From contig NC_135256.1 of assembly GCF_964204865.1 (NCBI RefSeq), positions 11,222,001 through 11,286,000 of the forward strand: a DNA stretch of 64,000 nt. The letters are read 5' to 3'. The stretch comes from Styela clava. Taxonomy: Eukaryota. Under the pieces are notes generated by a model. The model saw only the letters and a program-made list of their open reading frames with translations. It was not told the DNA's origin and did not search any database. The first letter of the stretch is position 1. The number at the start of each line of letters is the position of its first letter. Shown here in pieces: positions 1-9,700 of the stretch. Position numbers and translations under genes: made by a program.

Positions 1-250
1 CAAATACCTATCAACATACTTAGCGATTAAAATCGATACGTAATAATAGCAGCAGACTACCGGTACCACAGTCTTCAGAAAGCTACCAATGCGAACGCGG
101 AACCGCCACAAGATGCGCAATTTTTAATTTTAATGACGTCATCACACACACACACACACCACACAAAAAAAGAATCACAAAGGGCTCACAGAACCTTGTG
201 AAATAAATAAGACTGATAGCCTTCTTACAACAAATACAATCTTTAACCAC
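1..250. repeat. Fragments of Helentron/DINE-1-like interspersed repeats with a (CA)n tract
   Basis: 1-40 (CAAATACCTATCAACATACTTAGCGAT) matches the 3' end of the element at 59148-59561. The segment ATAGCCTTCT..TTTAACCACTGAA (about 217-253) recurs at about 56895-56933, and ATAGCCTTCT also at about 9651. Confidence 0.55.
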
Positions 251-517
251 TGAATTCGTTCAGTAATTGGAGAGAAAAGCGATTTTTTTCATAACAACAA
301 AAATACCAAAACGATCTATAGGCCCATTTTGTGTCCAATAATAAAATTTGTTAAGGATGTCAAGATGACTATAGATTAGCCTATATAAGTATATTGATGA
401 CCGAGCTATGTATGGAATAAACAAATGTCTTTCAAAAACATTGACAATAGTCTGAGCTGTCAATGACAACTCGATTGTAATATAAGGGGGTCGAATTACT
501 CAGACGTTTCTTCATAC

Positions 518-648
518 CTTGTCGCCAGCAACTAGATAAACGACTCCATTTTTACGGAAGGATGCGAGGCCGTAGACTTCTCCGCAAGGTAGTGTTTGAT
601 GTTCCCGGAATTTAAACCGAATCTTCTTTGTCTGGCGAGTTGACGCCG
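518..648 (-). CDS. Exon 3 of the secreted sushi/CCP-domain gene; probable start of a hemopexin-like repeat (gene appears to continue beyond the window start)
   Basis: Acceptor TCATTACAG at 657-649 and donor GTATGA at 517. The phase-1 join to exon 5734-5549 reads ASTRQTKKIRFKFREHQTLPCGEVYGLASFRKNGVVYLVAGDK. The other two frames contain stops. Confidence 0.65.
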
Positions 649-1118
649 CTGTAATGAGTCAAAGAATAATGATTGATTATTGTAGACTAGTATGCATCTT
701 TAAGAGGAAATGTAAACAAGAATTTTCTTCGACCGAGGCGGTGATATAGAAAGCAGTTTATAGGACATTGGATCGTGAAAAATTCAATTCTTTCGTAGTT
801 TGAAGTAATGTTCATCGTGGCACAGATTACAAAAAAAATCTGTTCGAGATGATGCCAAATGCAATGCTAAATTAAACTAATTAAACAAACTATAGACTAG
901 CGCTTTCCAACTGGGGTTGACTTGAAAGTACATTCCAGGGGTTCCGCGAGTTTCCGAGTCTATTTTCATTGTATATATATATATATATCGTTCAGATTAA
1001 ATAAAATGCCTATTAGTTTTGCCACTTTTATCAAACTTGCTACACTTTTCATTATAGATCTTTTATTTTTGTCAATATTAGGTTTGCTTCTGCATATACG
1101 GTATATATATATATATAT

Positions 1119-2419
1119 CAGTGGCGGCGCGTGGTCATTTTGACAACCGGGGCAAGCTACTGCGGGACCAAGTCACCCCCATCTACGGGGGCAGGATGAG
1201 CGCTGTAAGTTCTCTTATCATTTTATGAGTATAAAAATCATTCCATCGGTAACAACCAATCGGCAAAAGCGACAATTTTTAACGATAAGAAAGTGTCTTT
1301 AAAACCGGTCCAAGTCAAGGGATTAATAAATATAAACATAGTTTATTTTATCCAAAAATACCCATCATCGTGCCCACGGAGGGACAGCTCGTGACAACCA
1401 ATGAACTTCAAAACATCTATCAATCGACCGAGAACATGGCGGTTTTTCTCGACGTTTTGGTTGTGCCGACGAATAGAAACCGCGCGTCCTTCATCCAACT
1501 GTGCTGCAATATTAACATTTCCGAATGTTCGGTATTTTACTGCATTGTCCAGATGCTCCATAGAAGATTGATGATCCCTGGCACGCTCGGAAAGATGTTT
1601 AAGATCTCCAAAACCAAATTTACACCAACGTGAGTCACGGGCGGTAGCAAAAAGTAGGCAATAAAAACAAAAAAGTGCATTTTTGTCCTCGCTGTAACAC
1701 AACCATTCGTGTTTTTTATACCAAGTTTCTGCGCAGAATGTACGCCGACGCTTTCCTCCGTCATGGGATTGTTCCAGTGAACAATTTTTTGGTTGATAAG
1801 GCCCAAGACGTTGTACCTCTAATTTTTGTTCCAGCGGCAGCTGCGAAAACGGAGTGCGAAGTAGTGCATCAACCTTTTTCATTATGAGGTCTAAGGCTAA
1901 GAAATGCGAAGCCGGAAAGAAGTGAGGAGCTCAAAAGGAATGTGGAAAATCGAAAGCAAATGGACTCAAGGTCTCTAACTGATTCAAATAGCGAAACAAG
2001 CGACAAAAACGAAGGCGAGGAAACTATCAACTCTTCAAGCAACCAACGAACGAGAAGGAATGCGTGAATATGTCAACACGTTGTTGTAAGAACGTCGGCA
2101 TTGTGTCGTCATAATTTCGGGGCTAGCCCCGATGATTTAGTAAAAGAAACAGAAAACAAACGAGACAAACGCGGCGAGTGAAAGATAAAAGAGAGAATAC
2201 GATATACAATGAGCAACCCGGGCAAAATCGGAGTCGCCCCGTCGACGTTCGGCGAAGGCTTTGCGAGCGAAAAATGAACCATGTCGGGAGAATATGGCTA
2301 GTGTAGACAGTCTGTGCAACCGATATTGAGGTATTTTTCGAATATTTTTTATTATACCGAAAAAACAACCGGGGCATTGCGGCATTGCCCCGGTTGGCTC
2401 TATTGACGCGCCGCCACTG
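1119..2419 (-). mobile_element. Internally deleted hAT DNA transposon (ZMYM1-like/TTF zinc-finger transposase type), inserted in (TA)n
   Basis: Perfect 14-bp TIRs CAGTGGCGGCGCGT (1119-1132) and ACGCGCCGCCACTG (2406-2419). Inverted subterminal CAACCGGGGCAA/TTGCCCCGGTTG. ATATATAT on both flanks is compatible with an 8-bp TSD. Confidence 0.92.
1343..1882 (-). pseudogene. Truncated hAT transposase N-terminus (TTF-type zinc finger, ZMYM1-like)
   Basis: 179-aa ORF with WYKKHEWLCYSEDKNALFCFYCLLF..W..GF..HQSSMEH and LSLRGHD motifs. It ends right after RGHD, so there is no catalytic DDE or dimerisation domain. Confidence 0.85.
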
Positions 2420-3543
2420 ATATATATATATATATAAGTTAATGCAATCCTGACAATAAAACTATTTCACATGGGTTCTGGAACGTTTCATTGGAGTATC
2501 GCCCCACCAATGAGTATGAGAATTGCTGCTACAAAGAGACACAAATTAGAGTAATCTGAGGTGTGAACAAAACTTCTGTTATTTTTATCTATTATTGTTC
2601 TATTACATAGCAGCGAATAAAAATTAAGTAATAAATAATCCTCATTTTAGTTTAAATTGTGTGTATCTCACAAAAATTCAGCAATTGATCGTCTTGACGT
2701 AATAAACATCAGCATCGGTTAACAATTGACAAAAAATATTTTCATTCGTAACGAAAATTAGGAAAGCGTTTTATTAAATCCAACAAAAACATTATACGGT
2801 AAAACACGCAATACGCGGTAAGGTAGATCAACATCGACCGCAAACAGTACCAGCAAGTCATCAAAAGGCGTGGCTTCGCACACACGTGGTTGTTCTGCGC
2901 CACCGCATTGGCACAATTAATGTTTGTCGAAGCGAAGCGAGTCGTTATTATTTACAATAGTTATCGAAGATACTCGGCTGTTCAGTAAACGTATAACGTT
3001 GTTAGACGCTGGGAAAAGCGGTCGGTTTTATCAGCTACACAGGCTGTAATGTATGTAGATATATGTGAAGTTAATCTACTGGTAAAATCGTGGCTACATA
3101 TCAAATAACACAGAATATAGTTTTAGCCGCGGGGGCTTTACATAAAGGTATTTCTGCAGAGATGAAAAGTCTCTATTTTATGCCAAACTGATATGTCAGT
3201 AATATTTTGCTGTATTATAAGGTCTGAAGGTGTATTTATGTATTTCAGAAATTAAAAATTATGTTCAGTATTAAGCATATAATAGTTTGTGGGATTTTAT
3301 CAAATTGTTGAGTAATAACGCCAGACCAGATGTTGTAAGCAGTATTATCTCAACTGTACCGGTACTCTTAAGTCTGTAAGTACTCTTATCATATGCTGAT
3401 AGGATTGTATAAATGTATGGTTCTATATTACACCAGCTCTATTTTAGTCTGTTGTGGCTTATTGCCCATATTCATCACTGTCATACAATAATTAAAAATT
3501 AACAGAATTGTGTTAAACATAACTAATATATGATTGAATATTT

Positions 3544-3620
3544 TAGGATAGGATTTACATATTTATCCCGGGGGAGAGGAAGGGCGATGAGATGGCTTAT
3601 CCATATGGCGAACCACGGCC
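3544..3620 (-). mobile_element. 3' fragment of a tRNA-derived SINE family
   Basis: TAGGATAGGATTTACAT...ATATGGCGAACCACGGCC matches the ends of the SINE copies at 45351 and 46362. Confidence 0.65.
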
Positions 3621-4393
3621 ATTTTACATAGTAAATTTATTATAAATGTTCCATTGTTTCCTATTTTAAATGCTGTGTATCTGAATCAATAAAATCATTT
3701 TACAAGTTTCTATGTTATTTACTTTCTGTTAAGTAGTGTCTGCCTCTATTGTTACATAACAATAGACATGCAATTTCACGAGCTTTAGTTTTTTTTGATC
3801 TGCTGAACTGAGTTTAGCGAACATGAGAGATTTTTAAACTTTTTTAAAAAAAAATCAGGCAGAGCTGAAGAAGAAGAGTTGACTTTTTGCCTTTATTCCT
3901 CATGCCTACCATTTTACAAAGTTTAAAGGCATAAAGTAGACATTAACTATTACAAAATTGAGTTTTATCAAAGGCAGCATTTTTTTTTCGTGAGAGCGTG
4001 CCGTAAGTTTTGTCCCTGATAATTTGGCGTCTCACAAACAAAACGTTTGGAAACTTCTGGACTAGGTATTTTTTTCAATTAAAATTTGAAAGAAATATTA
4101 CTGTATTATATACCATTTGATATATTCTGAACAAGAGTCAATGAAATTAATATACATTTTCAATATTAGATGAAAAAGGCAAAATTTTGTGCATTATTAA
4201 ACCAGAAGACCACTCATAAAATTGTATAATCACCTAGTCGAAATAGCAAAGATTCATTTTTTTTTTTAAATCGGACCGATTATTCCGGACCACATTGTTC
4301 TTACCCGTTTGATCTTTGGTTTTATTAACACCAATTTTCTTCCTTCCATATAGTATTATTCTTACCTAGCCTAATTTAAGTTCACTGTTAAAA

Positions 4394-5125
4394 ATGAAAT
4401 GTCCAGCCAAAGAGTTAGATGCAAGTGTTGTCATGCCTGGTGACATCATAACAGAACAAGTATTGGATTTAATCGGCAAAAATGAAAGAGTAAAACTCGG
4501 ACCTGGTCTTAGACAAGGGAATGACAGTATTGTCGTTTGTAAGTCTGGGATTCTACGACACAAACAGCCTAGCATGTTTTGGATAGACAGTCATCAGAAA
4601 CGTTATGTTCCAATTAAGGGTGAAAACGTTTTGGGGGTTATTGTTGGTAAAATTGGTGATGCTTACAAAGTAGACATTGGAAGTAGCGACTATGTCGTTC
4701 TTAATAATTTATTTTTTGAGGGTGCTACGAAACGAAATCGACCGAATCTTGTAAATGGAGATATAGTATTTGGAAAACTAATATCTGCAAACAAAGACAT
4801 GGAGCCGGAATTGAGTTGCATTGATCAAAGCTCAGGAAAAGCAAATGGAATGGGTCCTGTACCTTCTAATGGATTGTTGATAACAGTTCCACTTAATCTA
4901 GTTAGGAAAATCTTATCCCCTGATTGTGTTTTGTTGCCAGAAATGGGGAAATATTTTGGTTTTGAGACCCTAATAGGAATGAATGGTAAAATTCACCTAA
5001 CAAGCCACAGTGATAAACATATTATTGCTATAATGAATATGATAACAACAGCTGAATATATGACAAATGAACAAATTCTAGAATCACTAAGTTCAAATAC
5101 AGCAGACAACTGGCAAACTGCTTAA
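4394..5125 (+). CDS. EXOSC3: Exosome complex component RRP40; single coding exon
   Basis: 243-aa ORF with VVMPGD, LGPGL, KRYVP..G..V.G, FEGATKRNRPNL (S1 domain) and GMNG (KH domain). AATAAA at 5179-5184. Confidence 0.96.
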   Translation: MKCPAKELDASVVMPGDIITEQVLDLIGKNERVKLGPGLRQGNDSIVVCKSGILRHKQPSMFWIDSHQKRYVPIKGENVLGVIVGKIGDAYKVDIGSSDYVVLNNLFFEGATKRNRPNLVNGDIVFGKLISANKDMEPELSCIDQSSGKANGMGPVPSNGLLITVPLNLVRKILSPDCVLLPEMGKYFGFETLIGMNGKIHLTSHSDKHIIAIMNMITTAEYMTNEQILESLSSNTADNWQTA

Positions 5126-5548
5126 ATACTCGTTAACAAAATGAGAAACGAGCCTTTTTCTACAAAGTAACTGGTGACAATAAAGAATGACAATTAATAA
5201 TGCTGATTGAACTGGAGTATTGTCATTGTGTTCAAATATCCAATGTCATATTTAAGTAGTTTCAAGCATTCATCTTACATACGAGTTGGTTATATAACCA
5301 ATCTTTACATAATCATATCATAGCCAAGGCAGAGTAAAGTCACGGCAACTTTTCATTGTCAGTGTGGTTAATATAATGGCAAATTTGTTCTATTTATGCA
5401 AATATGCTCTGTTTCTGGGATAAACCTATGTAGGGCTCTTATAACATCAGTGGTCATTATGGATTTTCTGTCAATACTTTTTCACTTTTAGTTAAAAGCT
5501 TATTAGTTTGGACAAACATACATGAAAAAATTCAGTAAGTTTAATTAC

Positions 5549-5734
5549 CTTTGCAAACAGCAGGCTGGCCCGACCAAATTCCCTTTTCCATGCAAGTGTT
5601 GTACGAACTGCCAACAAGTTTATATCCATTGTCACATTGAGTGGTACAACGAAGAGCTCTTCCTCTTGGTAAATCAATCATTTTGCATGTACGATCTCCA
5701 TGTAATGGAACATTGAGATGCTTGCATACAGGAA
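5549..5734 (-). CDS. Exon 2 of the secreted sushi/CCP-domain gene (second CCP module)
   Basis: 186-nt phase 1-1 exon: CKHLNVPLHG..C..CTTQCDNGYKLVGSSYNTC..GIWSGQPAVC. Acceptor TTTTACAG at 5735, donor GTAATT at 5548. Confidence 0.9.
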
Positions 5735-6600
5735 CTGTAAAAAAAACATACAATTGAGAATGCGATAATCAAGGAGAAAGAATTTTTTTAAAAGCTAAAT
5801 TCTCTGTATTATAGCATATGCATGTTGCACCTATTTTACATGCTTGTTGTGATGCTAATATTTATTTCATCGTTTCATGCTTTGTATCATGTTACATGTA
5901 TACCTGTTGTTAAACAACATTACCATCCTGCGGGAATTTTTTAATTAATTCTTGTTGTTATTGCTAATTTGTGTGGGCATACCAATGTCTCTTAAACTAC
6001 AGTAATTATGTTCAGAACCTGTTTTAGAATTCTTTTCGAGATACCTTACATGGATAGATATGTTGTTTATGAATAGGGTGTTATATTTAGCTTCCTGATT
6101 GGATAAATAACAGATAATCAATCATATTCAATTTGCGAATTCTCTTTGAAAAGGTTGATGTCGTGGTTTGACTGCCCTCAAGTTTCAATCAAGAAGCTAA
6201 AATTAGGTGTTAGTGAGAATGTACCCATTATAAGTTCATAGTCATATAATTGAAATATTCCATTTTTTCAGATATTATCTGAACAACAGGGTTATCCATA
6301 GAATAACAAAAACATCAAACAACTCATGCGTATTGCAACACTCCTAACAGTCTAAGTAACTGTTTTGCTGATTTTTGAATAAAAAATACCCTTTGTAACC
6401 TTGAAAGCTGATTATGTTCTTATAATTGGCTTTTAATATTCTTTAAGGTCATGCAAAATTCTTTCTCCCATAAGAGGTAAATGCGCCTTTTTTAACACTG
6501 TCAATATTTCTAGGTTAACTGTCTTATTTTTCACTTTCAAGATGTAATTCAGGTGTTTAAATATAAATGCTTGGCATATTGTAAAATAAACAACGCAACC

Positions 6601-7901
6601 ATGAGTGCGGAGGTAAATAAACGAGGAGTGGTATTGACTTTATTAATCCTCTCAAGTATATGTTATATTTTATACTCCAACAGTGATGAAATTCAAAGCG
6701 ATTCAGCAAGTAAGATTTATTATATATTGGTTTAGGTCATCCACAATACATTTATAAGTAACCTATACAAAATTTGTATTGTTGTTTGTCCAGAATGAAT
6801 CAGACAGCAAGAAATCAGGTGTAAAAATATTTAACCTGAAAGATCTATATCTTTGACAAAAATTGTCACTGAATTCTTATCTTTAATGACATAACATTAT
6901 GTATGACACTTATTTCAGGCCTATTTGCTCCAACAAGGCCCTCTATAATCAGCCCCTGTTATGTATGAACCTTCATTTTTGAAAGAACATAATTCATTCT
7001 GGATCAACATTACCTACCTAACTTATCACACGCTCGGTAGGTATGTGGGCAAAGGTTTTAAACCAAAGATGTGTAAGCTGCAATGCCAACTTAGTTGGCC
7101 CCGTTTTGACCACAATAAGTGTAAATTCAAAACTATTTTTTCTATTGTTTCTCAGTTCAAGTGGATGCACTATCGATGATCAAAGCAAAACAGAAACTTG
7201 ATAAATTAGGACCTGAGTTGGCTGATAATGAAAAGGACGAAGTCGATCCAGAAATAGGACTTGACGTTGAATATGTTGAAGATTTTGTTTTAATTGATGG
7301 AATCAATGTGTTTTATTCATATGCAATGAGTACGGTAAAGAATCAGCCACCACCAAGGTTTGCAGTGTTATTATTACATGGTGCGGCCTATGAAGCAAAC
7401 ACATGGAAGTCACTAGGAACGTTACAGTTTCTTGCGAAATCTGGTTACTTTCCTATTGCTGTTGATCTTCCTGGTTTCGGAAAGACAAAAGCAGACAAAC
7501 GCATAGATCATGAAGATGCTTTTTTGTCAAAGTTAATTAAAGCATTACCTCAAACAGACAGGCCTGTTATTATTTGTCCTTCCATGAGTGGCAGATATGC
7601 TTTGCCATTCATGTTTAAACATAGAGCAGAACTACGTGGCATTGTACCGATTGCACCAATTAATGGTAATCATTACAAGAAAGAAGAATATGAACAACTA
7701 CACATTCCTGCTCTGATTTACTATGGATCATTAGATGAGCATGGTGCTAAAACTAGTAATCTCATGGCCCATATTCCTGGTAGTAGGATAGTGGAGGTCC
7801 CAAATGGCATGCACCCTGCTTATTTGGATGATTTAATCCTATTCCATACTGAAGTGAAAAATTTTCTCGATAATGTTTATAAAAAAGAAATGGCTTCTTG
7901 A
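6601..7901 (+). CDS. ABHD14A: ABHD14-family alpha/beta hydrolase, ABHD14A-like with an N-terminal membrane anchor; 2 exons
   Basis: Exons 6601-6709 and 7156-7901 (GTAAG donor, TTTCTCAG acceptor, phase 1) give 284 aa. Motifs LLLHGA, AVDLPGFG, CPSMSG, YGSLD and HPAYLD. Hydrophobic VVLTLLILSSICYILY near the N-terminus. Confidence 0.88.
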
Positions 7902-7909
7902 GTGTGTCT

Positions 7910-8214
7910 GATTTTATTTGCACATATTATTATATGATGTTTCCTAATTGGAGCAATAATTCTACAAATAACAGCCTTGCTTACATTATGGATGGTGGAA
8001 ATGGTACTATAAAATACATCTAAGCCAGTATTTGGTTCAAAAATATAACAAATGTAATCCGATTTTATTTGCACATATTATATGTTTCCTAATTGAAGCA
8101 TTAATTATACAATAACAGCTTTGCTTGTATATGGTTGGGGGAAATGGTACTATAAAATACATCTAAATGATTTCTAAGCCAGTACTTGGTTCAAAAATAT
8201 AACCACTGTAAATC
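7910..8214 (+). repeat. Diverged tandem duplication (about 151-bp period) in the ABHD14 3' region
   Basis: GATTTTATTTGCACATATTA...GGAAATGGTACTATAAAATACATCTAA...TTGGTTCAAAAATATAAC starts at both 7910 and 8061. Confidence 0.9.
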
Positions 8215-8646
8215 TTTTCCTCGTGGCAGAAAAGCAGTACATTTTTATTCAACTTAAAATATTCAATATTTGCGCCATGGAACAAAGGAATTTTTTCTAA
8301 TACATTTACAATAATCAGGCAATCCATTTTGAAATATCTAGTTTGTGAAATTTTGAATTAGAATGTGCCTTGGTTTGAATCTAAGTTTTGATTTCCAAAC
8401 AAATTTTTGGATTTTTCAACGACAGCTGCATTGTTTTCATAAAATCAAGCGAAATCGCTTTTTACAATTATTCATGATATTTTTTTAAAATGTATGTTTT
8501 CCAATAAAATAAAAAAATTGAATCACAGTTTGTCAACCTACATGGTATGGGTTTAATTTCATGCGATTGATTACGACATCAGTAAAATTGCTTGCCTGCA
8601 TGGAACTGATTATTTCGTGAAATCAACATAGGTAGGTAAAAGAAAG

Positions 8647-8917
8647 CAGTGACTCTCAAGCAGGGGGCGTGTTGACAGTTTTTTGAAGTGGCGTGAAGCT
8701 AAATAAAATTATGGTTGTTAGATTGGATCCTGCCCGCCTTATTTTGGATATTTATACTGGATATTTATGTTCCATCCACCTATTTTCAACGTGTTATTTT
8801 TTTTTTTTAATAAAACGTACTTTCTTTCGCCCTGTTATATCTCTGTTATTTGTAGCTTATTGTTAGCTAGTTATTTTTGAGGTGGGGCGCAAGATGGACA
8901 AGTTTGAGAGAGCTATT
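8647..8917. mobile_element. Degenerate hAT (Charlie-like) MITE, same family as 47514-47826
   Basis: Shares CTGTTATTTGTAGCTTATTGTTAGCT and flanking sequence with the 47514 copy. Ends are decayed (CAGTGACTCTCAAG...GTTTGAGAG). Confidence 0.7.
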
Positions 8918-9434
8918 ACCGTAGAGAAATAAAACGACTAACAAAAATGATCATTCTGAATACCTAAATTGTATCAGATAAAGTTTACGGACACAAATGT
9001 ACAGATGTACTTTTCTCCACAATCGTAAATATAGTGTCATTAGTTTTTAACGGGGAAAATCGACAATAGACTCCGGGTCATAAAAAATTACGATCTTAGC
9101 TCAAGAGAAAAAACATTGTCAAGAAGTCTCAGTAAATTGCTCTTCGAATTTCCGAGGAAAGTTTGACTTTGGTATCATCATTGAAAATATGAAATTCAGA
9201 CTTTCTAGTCGTTAAATAATTACAAATAAATGATGGAAGCAATGTCCGTCGGTGGTCGCCGGCGAGTATCAAATCACGAATTTATGCGAAGCAAATCAAA
9301 AATGTATACTCTTCGAATATATTTTCTAACAATTTTACAAATTATTTCATCCGGTTATTTTTTTGCTAATTTTATTGGAACTCGTTTTTGATTACCACAA
9401 CATTTGTGACCGGAAGAGTCTGTTTGTGTCGTCA

Positions 9435-9700
9435 ACACGAGAGCAATGCTCAAATATATGGCCACGAAAACCAAAACGAAACAGTAGTCTACTTTACCTT
9501 TTACACTACCGGTACCGTCAAAAAAGTTTCGACTTTCGCGTAGCAAGAGCGTAGCACGAGAGAGGTCGAAAAACCGCTACTAATAACTTGTATTAATTTT
9601 CAGGTCATCACATAGCCGCCCCACAGAAGGTTTTGAAATGAATAAAAGTAATAGCCTTCTAGCGAAAAAAAAACAATCTTGGAATATGAAAACATGGGCA
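9435..9700 (+). repeat. Helentron/DINE-like repeat copy
   Basis: Head GAGCAATGCTCAAATATATGGCCACG resembles 56822 (GAGCTATGCTCGAATATATGGACACG) and 15211 (CAATGCTTGAATATATGGACAC). Shared ATAGCCTTCT block. Confidence 0.5.

Noticed and set aside
260-469. 69-aa minus-strand ORF as the next exon of the sushi gene
   Set aside because: No recognisable motif or convincing splice pair, and it runs into repeat-derived sequence.
897-2495. Older MITE enclosing the 1119-2419 hAT (GGGGTTCCGCGA motifs)
   Set aside because: No matching right TIR or TSD could be identified.
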